Shown: positions 18,042-28,414 of the stretch, in pieces
Numbering within the stretch: position 1 is the first letter of the stretch
Layout of the letters: every line of letters begins with the position of its first letter
From: an uncultured virus (IMG/VR IMGVR_UViG_3300044845_000975)
Lineage: Duplodnaviria; Heunggongvirae; Uroviricota; Caudoviricetes
Strand: one strand, 5' to 3'
DNA: 64,000 bases
IMG/VR virus record: IMGVR_UViG_3300044845_000975
The notes under the pieces: model-generated
Databases searched by the model: none
What the model saw: the letters and a program-made list of their open reading frames with translations, nothing else
What the model was told of the DNA's origin: nothing
Made by a program: the position numbers and the translations under genes

Positions 18042-18661
18042 AATATTTTAGAGATAACGATTACTTTATCAAGTTGTTCAAATTTCTTTTTATACTTATT
18101 AAGTAGTGCGGATATATAAGACGTATTTGAAAACTTGCCTTTTCTAACTTGAGTTTCAATTTGGATACCTGTGCCTGAATTACTTTTTAATGCTTCCGTG
18201 TTTAAATATTTACCAAATCCAGAGATTCCTCTTTCAATACCTTCTGCCCAGCTTCTTCCTGTAGCCCACTTTAACGGAGTTTCTGCAAAAATTTGTTCTC
18301 TCGAAGGCATGTAAATTTTCATTAAAAACCCTTCTTGAGTTTCTCTTGAGTATTCTATTTTAGACAAGCTTAAAAGTCCTTCAATAACATCAGTTGGATT
18401 ATCTCCTTCATCGAAACCAATAAAAGAAAAAAGATTACCGTAGCCATCTAAAGTTCCACTAGTATTTTCTGCGTATGGTCCAGCCTTTATTTCAACAGTT
18501 ACTGGATGATTGCGAAATTCCTCAATCATTTCTCTTTTAATTTTATTAAAAGCAGTTTCGATTCTTTCTATAAAAGTTTTACTATAAACTTTTACAATTT
18601 CTTGTCTCAGAGCAGTTTGAAGCTGTCTTTGAAGATCTCGTTGTGTAATTTTTTTAGCCAT
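18038..18661 (-). CDS. putative neck/tail completion protein
   Basis: 207-aa ORF coupled to neighbours in the neck block. Confidence 0.5.
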   Translation of the reverse strand: MAKKITQRDLQRQLQTALRQEIVKVYSKTFIERIETAFNKIKREMIEEFRNHPVTVEIKAGPYAENTSGTLDGYGNLFSFIGFDEGDNPTDVIEGLLSLSKIEYSRETQEGFLMKIYMPSREQIFAETPLKWATGRSWAEGIERGISGFGKYLNTEALKSNSGTGIQIETQVRKGKFSNTSYISALLNKYKKKFEQLDKVIVISKIL

Positions 18662-19125
18662 TATTCATCTATTGGCGTTAAAACAAATTCATAATATTGA
18701 GGGCCAAACATTCCAAGAGGTTTGCCATCGCTTTTAATTGCAAAACGGCGACCATCAAGCTCAACTCTTTTAGCCTCTTTCACATAATTAAAGCCTTCAA
18801 GATTAACTTTAATTTTAACCGTTCCAGTGGGAAGGATAATTTTATCTTGACCTCCTCCTGATTGACCTCCTCCTGAGCGAGAATTTTGAAGAAATTCTTC
18901 TCCCATATCTACATATTTAATTCTAGCTTGAAAAGTTTGAGATACTTCTACTGTTGCAGTATTGACAGATTGTTGACGATATAAGGCATTGTATGATGGT
19001 GAAGAAGCTATAACGGTTCTTTGGCCGATTTTAAATACAGTAATTTCACGCGCAAAGGTATCGTGGATTTGGTCAATGATTGACTTAATGTTATTTTTTT
19101 GGTTTTCTGATAAAAATCCAGCCAT
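18661..19125 (-). CDS. putative head closure (stopper) protein
   Basis: beta-rich, RVELDGRRFAI pattern; GTGTAA motif upstream. Confidence 0.55.
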   Translation of the reverse strand: MAGFLSENQKNNIKSIIDQIHDTFAREITVFKIGQRTVIASSPSYNALYRQQSVNTATVEVSQTFQARIKYVDMGEEFLQNSRSGGGQSGGGQDKIILPTGTVKIKVNLEGFNYVKEAKRVELDGRRFAIKSDGKPLGMFGPQYYEFVLTPIDE

Positions 19126-19173
19126 ATTATTTATTTTTACACTTTTTCTTTTATTATAATAAAGGTATAAGGT

Positions 19174-19464
19174 ATGAACGCCAAAAAAATTTTATCACGC
19201 AGGCAGTGCGAAAGCACTACCTTTCTATTTAAGCAGTTTCTAAAAATCATTGAAGATTTAAAGCGAGAACACGATGTAGCTTATAAAAAGCTTTATGAAA
19301 ATCTTCCAGTAGAATACTCTCCTATTTTAAATGTAGCTAATTATTTTGACTTAGATAAAGTGAGTCACTTGCGCAAAAGAATATTGGATTTAGGAAATGA
19401 AGCTATGCGTTCAAACGATACGGAATTAGATAATTTTACTATAAGTTTTGTTTTTAAAGATTAA
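19174..19464 (+). CDS. hypothetical protein
   Basis: 96-aa ORF with SD-like AAGGT upstream. Confidence 0.7.
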   Translation: MNAKKILSRRQCESTTFLFKQFLKIIEDLKREHDVAYKKLYENLPVEYSPILNVANYFDLDKVSHLRKRILDLGNEAMRSNDTELDNFTISFVFKD

Positions 19465-19484
19465 TATAATTACCACCAAGGAAT

Positions 19485-20315
19485 ATGGAACTCAAAGAAA
19501 TTTACAACTTTACAATCTACGAAGAAAAAGAAATCCCTGTAGAAACTGTGTCGAAAGATACAGAGGGTAACGAAGTCAAAGTCACTAAAAAGGAGAAAGT
19601 AAAAACTCCAGTTAAAGTTATTTTGAAAAAGCCTTCTCGCCGCCAAATCGAAGAAGCTGATTTGGAATACAGTGTAGAAATGTCTCGCTGTGTTAAGAAA
19701 GGTATTTTAACCAAGGCAATGCTCGTTAAGAAATATTCTGATACTGGCGGTCTTATGAGTGAAACTGAAGCTAAAGGTCTTTATCAGATGTATCAACGCC
19801 TAATGGAACTTCAGCGCGAATACACTGAAAACGAAACAGTTAATAAAGGCGAAGCTAATCGTCAAAAAAAGACTGAAGAATTAATCTTTGAAATGGCAAA
19901 GGTTCGCGATCAAATTGTTAAGACTGAAATGGCTTATCAATCACTTTTCGATCATACCGCCGACATGAAGGCTCAAAATCGCTTGCTTCTCTGGTACATC
20001 ATTAATCTTACTTTCATTCAGCGCGAAAATGAAGATAAGCCTTCTCCTTATTTCAAGGGCGAAGATTTTGAAGATAAGCTTGAAGATTACTATGTTAAAG
20101 AAGAGAGCGAAGAGATTCAGTATTTTGAAATCGCTCGCAAGATTTCTAGAATTGCTGCATTCTGGTTCTATAACCAAGGCGCAACTACTCAAGATTACGA
20201 AGCTCTTATGGAAGACAAGAGTGAAGAAGCTGAACCAGTGGAAACTCCTGAAGTTGCCGTTGAAGCTGAAGCTGAAAAATCCTCCCCTAAAAAGAAAACT
20301 AAGAAGGCATCTTGA
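19485..20315 (+). CDS. putative tail assembly chaperone
   Basis: charged helical protein two genes upstream of the tape measure. Confidence 0.5.
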   Translation: MELKEIYNFTIYEEKEIPVETVSKDTEGNEVKVTKKEKVKTPVKVILKKPSRRQIEEADLEYSVEMSRCVKKGILTKAMLVKKYSDTGGLMSETEAKGLYQMYQRLMELQREYTENETVNKGEANRQKKTEELIFEMAKVRDQIVKTEMAYQSLFDHTADMKAQNRLLLWYIINLTFIQRENEDKPSPYFKGEDFEDKLEDYYVKEESEEIQYFEIARKISRIAAFWFYNQGATTQDYEALMEDKSEEAEPVETPEVAVEAEAEKSSPKKKTKKAS

Positions 20316-21292
20316 AAGACAATTTCTACATAGAAATTATTAACGAGATTTTCGAAGGATACACACGGTTTGATTTTTATGGTCAAACCGTGTTTTTGCG
20401 TCATTTTAATCTCAAAGACCAAAAACTACTTAACGACGTTTTTGAAAAGCATCGTTCAATTGCTTTAAAAAGAGGAATCCAAGATGAAAAAGAAATTCTT
20501 GAACAACTTAAAAAAGACGGAACTTGGACTCAAGAAGATGAACTAAAGATTAAGGAACTTGAAACCTACGTTGACAATTTGGAAAAAACTAAAGCCAAGA
20601 TTGTTATTCCTTCCCAGAAGCAAGCTCATCAAAAAAATATTGATGAGGAAAAAATTAAACTATTCATGCTAAAGACTGAAAGAAAAAATCTTGTTGGCAA
20701 AACTGCTACTGAATACGCTAACAATCGAGCAAATGAAGAGTTTTTGCAAAATTTGTTATTTAAAGATCGGTTGTTAACAAATCCTTTTTTTACTGATTTT
20801 GAGTTCTCAGAATTAGACGATTTGGAACTTGCTCGTCTCATGAATTCTTATTATGAGATTATTTCCAAGTATAATGATGATCATATTCAACACGCAGTTT
20901 TGCAAGACTCCTTTAGTCTCTACTTAACTCACTGCGAAAAGCCTTATGATTTTTTTGCCATGCCAATTACCAAGTTTTCTATTTATCAATTAAAATTACT
21001 TGCTTACGGAAGAATGTTCTTAAACATTTTCCAAAATGTAGATAAGATTCCTGACTCTATTCGCAAAGACCCTGATGCTCTTGTTAGTTTTGCTGAAAGC
21101 AGTCGCAATAAAGAAAAGTTAACAGCAAAAATGAAGGATAACTCTGCTACCGCTGTTTTCGACGCTACGCAGGAAGATTTAGATTTTGTTGACCCAGAAG
21201 CTAAGAAAATGTCTTTCCAAGATTTGCTGAAGGAAAACAATGGACAATTAAATATGGAACAAATGATGAAAATTATGGGAGAAAAGGTGTAA
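20312..21292 (+). CDS. putative tail assembly chaperone (second)
   Basis: TTG start overlapping the upstream stop; directly precedes tape measure. Confidence 0.5.
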   Translation: MKDNFYIEIINEIFEGYTRFDFYGQTVFLRHFNLKDQKLLNDVFEKHRSIALKRGIQDEKEILEQLKKDGTWTQEDELKIKELETYVDNLEKTKAKIVIPSQKQAHQKNIDEEKIKLFMLKTERKNLVGKTATEYANNRANEEFLQNLLFKDRLLTNPFFTDFEFSELDDLELARLMNSYYEIISKYNDDHIQHAVLQDSFSLYLTHCEKPYDFFAMPITKFSIYQLKLLAYGRMFLNIFQNVDKIPDSIRKDPDALVSFAESSRNKEKLTAKMKDNSATAVFDATQEDLDFVDPEAKKMSFQDLLKENNGQLNMEQMMKIMGEKV

Positions 21293-21313
21293 TAAAGTTT
21301 TAAGGAATAAGGT

Positions 21314-24300
21314 ATGGCCGCACCAATTAATCTCCAAGCAAATGTACAAATTCAGAATCTATCTCAAATGCAGAGAGAGATTCAACAAGCTACTCAAAAC
21401 TTGAAGATTAATATGGGTGGCGGTAATGCTGCTCGTTCTCTTAGTGCTTTGTCTCAGCCCTTGGGTCGTTTAACTGGTCAAGCAGATGAGTTCTCAAAGT
21501 CTCTTGATGCTGCTAACGCCCGTGTTTTAGCGTTCGGAGCTTCTGTTGGTATTGTTAATACTCTTTCTAATGCTTTTAAAAGTCTTGTCAATTCTACTAT
21601 TGAAGTGGAAAAAGCAATTACAGCTATTTCTGTTGTTGGTGAGCAATTCGCTGGCAAAAGTAAACAACTAAGCCAAGGTTTATTTAGTATTGCCAAGGCG
21701 ACTGGTCAAAGCTTTGAGGAAGTTTCCAAGGCTGCTCTAGAGTTTTCTCGTCAAGGTTTGCAACTTGAAGATACTCTTCAAAGAACTCAAGATGCTCTTA
21801 TTCTTACTCGCTTGACTGGCTTAGACGCTTCTAAATCTGTTGATGGTCTTACAGCTTCCGTTAATGCTTTCGCTAAAGCTGGTCTTTCCACTACTCAAAT
21901 TCTTAATAAACTTGCAGCAGTTGACCAAGCTTTCGCCGTATCATCTGCCGATCTTATTGAAGGTTTCAATCGAAGCGCGGCTGTCGCTCAAAATGCTGGT
22001 GTTACATTTGATGAGCTTGCTGGTATTATTACCACACTCCAGCAAGAAACTTCTCGCGGTGGTGCTGTTATTGGTAACGCCCTTAAAACAATTTTTACTC
22101 GTTTACAAGATACTAGCACCCTTAATCAATTACAAAAATTAGGCGTAGCAGTACAAGACTTAGAAGGCAACCTTTTACCAGCCAGACAAATTTTACAAAA
22201 CCTCGCTACTGATGTTGAAGGTCTTGGTCAAATTACTAGAGCAGGTATTTTTAAAGATGTTGCTGGCACTTTCCAGATTAACCAGTTGATTTCTTTGGTT
22301 GGCGATTTAGGTAAAGCTAATAGCGTGACTGCTAAAGCAACTCAAGTTTCTGCTGGTGCAACTAATGAAGCTTTCACTGCTAATCAAAAACTTAATCAAT
22401 CTCTCGACGCAATCATTAACAAAGTTTCACTTACTGGTAAGCAACTTGGTGCGCTTTTGGGTGAGATTGGCTTGGGAGATAATTTAAAAGGAATCTTAGA
22501 TGGCATTAATTCCTTCTTGGAGGGAGCATCTAACCTTCTCCAAGGCGACGATCTTGGTTCACGCTTTGCAAAAGGAATTGTAAAAGGTATTGGTTCTGTT
22601 TTGAGCGGCCCTGGTATTGGATTATTTTTAGCCATTATTGCAAAACTAAGTTTTGATTTGGCCAAATTCGGCGTTCAAAGCTTAAAAACTTTCTTTAATA
22701 TTGGTCAATCCGCCAAAGAGCAGCAGCAGGTTCAAGAATCTATTGTTCAGACTCTTATACGCAATAAAACTGTTTTAAGTCAAATTTTAAATACTCAAGG
22801 AGGTCAAAATGCGCAAGCATCTGCTTTCTTAAATATCTTAAAACAAGAAGAACAAGTATTGCAAAATATTAGAACTCTTGCTGGTGGTATTGCAGCGCCA
22901 GTTATTGCTCAAGGTTATCGCTCTGGTTCTCAAGGATTAACTCGTCTTTCTGCTGGTGGTTATTTACCTGCGCAAGAAGCCTCAGACGTTCGCCGTGGAG
23001 TAGGTGGCGCATCACCAAGCTCTAAAGTTGTATCTATTCCTAATTTCGCATTTGGCGGCGGTAAGCGCGGCACAATGATTGCTAACACTAGCGAATATAT
23101 TGTTCCTAATTATGCTGGTGGCGGTTCCGCTATCTTTAATCAAGATATGGTGAAAACCATGGGCTTGCCAGCAGGGGCAAAAAAGATTACGGCATCTGGT
23201 GGGTTTATCCCAAATTTTTCTGGAGGTACAAAAGATAATCCTCTTGATGTTCATCAAAAATATGCATTGCTTGTTAATGATCTTAATTCTCCAAGACTAA
23301 ATCAGTTAGTTTCTTATAAACCAAGAAATGAAGATAAAGTTTATTATAAAGCAAATGTTTATGGTATTGGTGAAACTGAAAACTTACAAGGTATAGGGCA
23401 AATAGATAGATTTAAATCTCAATTTAGTACAAAATTTTTAGAAGAAAAATATAAAAATTTAGCTTTAGAAGATATAGAAAAATATGCTAATGCAGTTATA
23501 GGTCAACCTATATCTCCAGTAGCACAAGTTAAATTAGCTAATAAAGGTTCTGTACCAAGTCTAATCGGTTCTATTTTTGAATCAGCGATTATTTCTGCTC
23601 TTAAAGACCCTGATTTAATAGAAGCTCAATTAAACCGCGATGATAATGCTCCTTTTGATTTTAAAGGTGTAGCTAAATCACAATTTAATAAATTTTTCGG
23701 AATTGATGAAAATATTAATTTTGTTGAAGCTAAATATGCTGATAATGATGCCACAAGACAAAGTTTTGCATCTAAGATTTATAGATTGGAATCTGGAAAA
23801 TATATTGACAAACCAAAAACTGAAATAAGTACAGACCTTAAAGGTAGATGGCTTAGCTATAATAATTTATCAAGCAAGAAGTCAATTGAAGCAAAAGAGA
23901 TGTACAAATCAATTGCTCAAGATTTAGGACTAGATCCAATAAGAGATAGAACACAAATTAATGCATTAATGAACAAAGCAACTGGAAGAAGTTCTTCTGG
24001 TTATATTCCTAATTTTGCTAGCGATGCTCTTCAAGCTGCCATCTCTCGCGAGAGAAGCGCAGGAATTTCAGCTTCACAAATTTATGTTGATCAAAGTCCT
24101 GCGCTCAAGTCTGCTGCTAACCCAATGGGGTTAATGGTGGCTAATCGCAGGGATGAGCCTGCTGGTGGTTTTCAAGGCGTCTCTCGCGCACGCAGAGAAG
24201 GCGTGAATCCAAAGACCTATGGTGCTGCTAATGGATTTGTGCCTAATTTTGCACCAGTAGTTAGTGATACAGATCAAGTTAAAGCCAGTAAAGGTTTTGG

Positions 24301-27300
24301 CGATTTAGCTGGTAAGTTCTTTGTTTTACAAGGCGCTCTGTCCTTTTTTGAAGGTGGTTTTATTCAGGCTGGAAGCGCAGCACAAAAAGTGAATGATGCT
24401 TTGCAGACTTTAACTACTGCTTTATTTGCGTTTCAAGCTGTACAACAATTAAGCGCAAAAACTGAAACAAAAAATATTACAATAGCCACAAATAATATAT
24501 CAAAATTTAGTCAAGTTATAAAAGACGCTAAAGATAAAGTACAAAAATGGCAAAAAGAATTTGTTGCAGGTGGTGGGTCTAGAGCCTCAATAGTATCTCG
24601 CGGAGGTCGGTTGCCATCTAATACTTCTTTTGCTACACGATTAAGTTCTAGTTTAGGTACTAGTAAATTAGCTGGCAGTCTTCGTAATTTTGTTGGCAAT
24701 CCATTGGAAACAATATCTTCAACATTCAAATCTTTTACTGGAGTTGCGTTAGCTGCTACAGTTGCTCTTAAAGGATTTAATGATATTGCTGCTTTATTTT
24801 ATACAAGAGGAGATAAGCTTGATTCTTCTTTAGAATTATTATCATCTTCTGCATCAAAAGCCTCATCTTCTTTAAGTGATATTGATAAAGCTGTATTAAA
24901 AAGCATAAATACTAGCTTAGGAGATATTGGAATTGGAGGAACAATAACTAAATTGTTTTCCAGCTTAAGTCCGATGAATTTGGGGCGCGAAACTGTTGCT
25001 TATAATTCTGGCGGACAAACTCAAATTACAAATCTTAAGGGAGGCCAAACAGATCAAGATTTTGCAAAAGTTCAACAAGAATTGAGTTCTTTAATTTTTA
25101 GTAGCTTAAGAGCTTCTCTTCCAAAAGCGCCAGAAGTTGCTATTGCAAATGATACAAAAGCTAAAATAAGCGAATTATTACAAGCTTCTACAGAAAATGG
25201 TATTCTTGATTTGCAAAAAGTTATTAATTCTGATTATGTTGAGAGTTTAAGAAAAGTTTCTAATGAAACTGCTAAAAAAATTGAAATTATAACTGCTAAT
25301 GCTGAATTTAATAAACCAGTTGAGCAATTTAAAAAAATAATTGAAAAAATTATTTCAGATGGAGCTTTAGTTGTAGAAAATTCATCAAAGACATTAGAAC
25401 GTGAATCTCAATTAATAAGCTCAATTACCTCTAGTAAAGCTTTCGCTTCCTTATCTGATAGTTCAAAAATTATTTTTGAAATTAATTCTTCATCTACTCA
25501 ACTAAAAAAAGATATAGAAAATAGAATATCTAAATTCGCTAGCGATGCTCAATCTAGTTTATTAGAATTTATACCTGAATTGGGATTAAACCCCGAAACA
25601 GCACAAAATCTTAAAGATAGCATTGGAGGATTGGGTAAATCTACAACTGAAGAAGAATTTGTTAAAAATTTACAATCTTTTAACGAAGCTCTTGAAAAGT
25701 CTGGTCAAATAGCTGATCAATCTAAGCTTCAAGCTTTAGATAAAAAAATTAGTGAAACAACTAATAGTTTTAAAAACTTACAAAAACAAGTTGAAAATGA
25801 ACAAGCTATTTTAGCTTTTAATAATTCAGAAAAATTATTAGAAGCTCGCGCCTATGATACTTATAAGAATAAGTTAGCTAGTTTTGTCAATTCAATGGTA
25901 GAAGGAGAAAAAAAACTAATTCAACTTCGTGGCGAAATCGAAAGAATTGATATTCAAAAACAAGGCAATATTGATATTTTATCTGCCCAAGCTAAAACTA
26001 GCAGAGATGCTATTTCAATTCGTAGAGAAGAAGAGTTAAAAGCTTTTAATGCTAAAAATCCAAAAGAAAAAGACGCAGCGCTTACTGAAAAGACGTTAGC
26101 AATAAAAAGAGAATTTTTCACAAAAGAAAATATTGCTGGATTAAATAGAAATACTGATGCTCTTAATGCTTTAACAAAACTTTTAGCAGCCGATTTCATA
26201 GCAAAAATTGATTCTGCTATTAGCGCTCTTCAAAATGGTAGTAATGAATTAGACAATACATTAATGTCAAATGTAGATAAGATTCAATTGCCAGAAGAGA
26301 TGAAACGTCAAGATGCCTTAAAATATTTAACAGATTTAAGAGGAGTCTATTCTCCTTCTGCAACTTTACCAATGAAGTCAGGAGGAAATTTAAAAACTGC
26401 TGAAGGATTTATAGATCAAATTACAGGATTTATTCAAAGCGGTCAAGGTTTTGCAGATATACAAAGTAATATTGAACAGTTTCAAGCTCCTCAAGATATG
26501 AGGGATAGATTGATAGAAGTATCTAAAGACTTGTATGAATCATATCAAAAAGAAGGCGCTGTTTCAAGTCAAACTCTAGAAACATTAAAAAAGAGATTTG
26601 ATATAGAGCTTGAAACTTACGATGCAGTTAATAGTTATTCTAGCAAATTAGAAGCTCAAACTAGAGCATTAAGAGATTCATTAAGTGATCCTCAAACTGT
26701 TGGAGAATTTGTTTTTAAACAAAGAGAGATAGCGAGAAATGAAAGAGAACAAGCTAAGGGATCACCTGATGAACAAAGAGCGTATCGTTCTTCTTTTGGA
26801 TATGGTTTATCTCAAGGATTTGATGAAGTAGAAAAAAGAACTTTTGATTTTAAGAATGAGTTGGGTAAAGAAATTCCACAACTTTTCTCATCTAATCTTA
26901 CCCAAGGATTGAATGATGCAATCAGTGGTGCAAAATCCCTCAAAGATGCTCTGCGCGATGCAGCAACAAGCTTTTTCCAAGCTATTACTCAAAAGAATAT
27001 TGAAAATATCGCTAACCTTGTCACGGGCGGTGTCGGCAATGTCGCACAATCTTTCTTCGCTTCTGGTGGTCAAGTTAATGGCGGTTCTGGTGTTAAAGAC
27101 GACGTTCCAGCAATGCTCATGGGCGGAGAATATGTCATTAAAAAATCATCTGTTCAGAAATATGGTTCTAAATTCCTTGACTCCTTAAATAGAGGCAGTA
27201 TAAAAGGCTTCGCGAGTGGTGGCGGTGTTCAAAGTGGCTCTGGTGGATTCTACGCCCCTGGAGAATATGGAACTGGTGGCATTCGCGGTAAAAGAGAGCT

Positions 27301-28414
27301 TTTAAGTTTTGCTACTCAAAGCTTTAGCAGCGGTCAATATGATACCATGGGCGGTTTTGGAATGAGCGGAGCATCTGTTTCTTTAGAGGCAGAAAGCGGC
27401 AGACTTTCTCAATTTGGTCGCCAGAATAATCCAATGTTCGAGCGCGTTCAAGAAAGCAAGCAGCAAGCTTTTGATGTTTATCTTCAACAATTAAAGCAAG
27501 AAGAACAATATCAAGAGCAGCTTAAAGAAATGGAAGCGAGAGAAAAGGAGCGTCAAAAACAATTAGTCACTTCTATCGTTAGTGCGGTAGTTAGTTCTGT
27601 TGTTTCTGTTGCTGGTGCTAGAGCTAAAATAGGAGCAGAGAATCAATCAGCGTTAAATCAATTATCTGGACAACCATCTGGATTACTTTCGAGCTTAAAG
27701 GGTGCTGGTAAAGGCTTATTTACTTCATTTGGTAATTCTTTGTCAGGCGAAGCATTAACGCTTAGAGCTATAACAAATCCTGCATTACAAAACGCTTCTA
27801 TTATTGGATCAGGAAGAGGAGTTTCACAAGCTGGGTCTGCCTTATTAATGTCAGGTTCAAATACATATAGTAAAGGAATTATTCAAACTGGAGGAAATTC
27901 ACTAATTGATTCTGATTCAAATGTTGATTTATCTAAATTGAATCTGCAAGATTATGGTAGCGATGGTTCTTATAATCCTTATAATCCGTTACTTCCTCCT
28001 CCTAATGGCTGGACAAAAAGAGCTTCTGGAGGTTTAATTTCTGGCGGTTCAGGAATGCGTGATGACGTTCCAGCAATGCTCTCTGGTGGCGAGTTTGTTC
28101 TCAATAATCGCGCTACTCGCAAACTGGGAGTTCAGAATCTTAATCGTCTCAATGCTGGCGAAACTAACACTGGAGAAGGCGACTCAAGCGCAGTTACAGA
28201 ATCTCTAATTTCTAAGCTAGACGAATTAATTCAAGCAACCCGCGAATCTGCTGGAGATAATGTTGTAGTTAATGTTTCTTCAAATGAAGCTCAAGCAAAA
28301 ACAGAAAATACCAACGGTAACGAAAAAGAACTTCAGCGCAAAATCAAACAAGCAGTACTAGATGTTATTGCTCAAGAGAAACGCCTCGGAGGTTCACTAA
28401 CTAAAGGAAAATAA
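21314..28414 (+). CDS. tail tape measure protein (TP901-type core) with inserted cargo domains
   Basis: 2366 aa; EFSRQG, SSADL..G..R, GGAVIGNALKTIFTRL core; C-terminal ASGG/DDVPAML.GGE(Y/F)V modules. Confidence 0.92.
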   Translation: MAAPINLQANVQIQNLSQMQREIQQATQNLKINMGGGNAARSLSALSQPLGRLTGQADEFSKSLDAANARVLAFGASVGIVNTLSNAFKSLVNSTIEVEKAITAISVVGEQFAGKSKQLSQGLFSIAKATGQSFEEVSKAALEFSRQGLQLEDTLQRTQDALILTRLTGLDASKSVDGLTASVNAFAKAGLSTTQILNKLAAVDQAFAVSSADLIEGFNRSAAVAQNAGVTFDELAGIITTLQQETSRGGAVIGNALKTIFTRLQDTSTLNQLQKLGVAVQDLEGNLLPARQILQNLATDVEGLGQITRAGIFKDVAGTFQINQLISLVGDLGKANSVTAKATQVSAGATNEAFTANQKLNQSLDAIINKVSLTGKQLGALLGEIGLGDNLKGILDGINSFLEGASNLLQGDDLGSRFAKGIVKGIGSVLSGPGIGLFLAIIAKLSFDLAKFGVQSLKTFFNIGQSAKEQQQVQESIVQTLIRNKTVLSQILNTQGGQNAQASAFLNILKQEEQVLQNIRTLAGGIAAPVIAQGYRSGSQGLTRLSAGGYLPAQEASDVRRGVGGASPSSKVVSIPNFAFGGGKRGTMIANTSEYIVPNYAGGGSAIFNQDMVKTMGLPAGAKKITASGGFIPNFSGGTKDNPLDVHQKYALLVNDLNSPRLNQLVSYKPRNEDKVYYKANVYGIGETENLQGIGQIDRFKSQFSTKFLEEKYKNLALEDIEKYANAVIGQPISPVAQVKLANKGSVPSLIGSIFESAIISALKDPDLIEAQLNRDDNAPFDFKGVAKSQFNKFFGIDENINFVEAKYADNDATRQSFASKIYRLESGKYIDKPKTEISTDLKGRWLSYNNLSSKKSIEAKEMYKSIAQDLGLDPIRDRTQINALMNKATGRSSSGYIPNFASDALQAAISRERSAGISASQIYVDQSPALKSAANPMGLMVANRRDEPAGGFQGVSRARREGVNPKTYGAANGFVPNFAPVVSDTDQVKASKGFGDLAGKFFVLQGALSFFEGGFIQAGSAAQKVNDALQTLTTALFAFQAVQQLSAKTETKNITIATNNISKFSQVIKDAKDKVQKWQKEFVAGGGSRASIVSRGGRLPSNTSFATRLSSSLGTSKLAGSLRNFVGNPLETISSTFKSFTGVALAATVALKGFNDIAALFYTRGDKLDSSLELLSSSASKASSSLSDIDKAVLKSINTSLGDIGIGGTITKLFSSLSPMNLGRETVAYNSGGQTQITNLKGGQTDQDFAKVQQELSSLIFSSLRASLPKAPEVAIANDTKAKISELLQASTENGILDLQKVINSDYVESLRKVSNETAKKIEIITANAEFNKPVEQFKKIIEKIISDGALVVENSSKTLERESQLISSITSSKAFASLSDSSKIIFEINSSSTQLKKDIENRISKFASDAQSSLLEFIPELGLNPETAQNLKDSIGGLGKSTTEEEFVKNLQSFNEALEKSGQIADQSKLQALDKKISETTNSFKNLQKQVENEQAILAFNNSEKLLEARAYDTYKNKLASFVNSMVEGEKKLIQLRGEIERIDIQKQGNIDILSAQAKTSRDAISIRREEELKAFNAKNPKEKDAALTEKTLAIKREFFTKENIAGLNRNTDALNALTKLLAADFIAKIDSAISALQNGSNELDNTLMSNVDKIQLPEEMKRQDALKYLTDLRGVYSPSATLPMKSGGNLKTAEGFIDQITGFIQSGQGFADIQSNIEQFQAPQDMRDRLIEVSKDLYESYQKEGAVSSQTLETLKKRFDIELETYDAVNSYSSKLEAQTRALRDSLSDPQTVGEFVFKQREIARNEREQAKGSPDEQRAYRSSFGYGLSQGFDEVEKRTFDFKNELGKEIPQLFSSNLTQGLNDAISGAKSLKDALRDAATSFFQAITQKNIENIANLVTGGVGNVAQSFFASGGQVNGGSGVKDDVPAMLMGGEYVIKKSSVQKYGSKFLDSLNRGSIKGFASGGGVQSGSGGFYAPGEYGTGGIRGKRELLSFATQSFSSGQYDTMGGFGMSGASVSLEAESGRLSQFGRQNNPMFERVQESKQQAFDVYLQQLKQEEQYQEQLKEMEAREKERQKQLVTSIVSAVVSSVVSVAGARAKIGAENQSALNQLSGQPSGLLSSLKGAGKGLFTSFGNSLSGEALTLRAITNPALQNASIIGSGRGVSQAGSALLMSGSNTYSKGIIQTGGNSLIDSDSNVDLSKLNLQDYGSDGSYNPYNPLLPPPNGWTKRASGGLISGGSGMRDDVPAMLSGGEFVLNNRATRKLGVQNLNRLNAGETNTGEGDSSAVTESLISKLDELIQATRESAGDNVVVNVSSNEAQAKTENTNGNEKELQRKIKQAVLDVIAQEKRLGGSLTKGK

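Noticed and set aside
20286..20315. Programmed -1 frameshift joining the two tail chaperone genes at T AAA AAG
   Set aside because: The -1 frame has TAA at 20300, before the second ORF begins; a TTGA start/stop overlap explains the coupling
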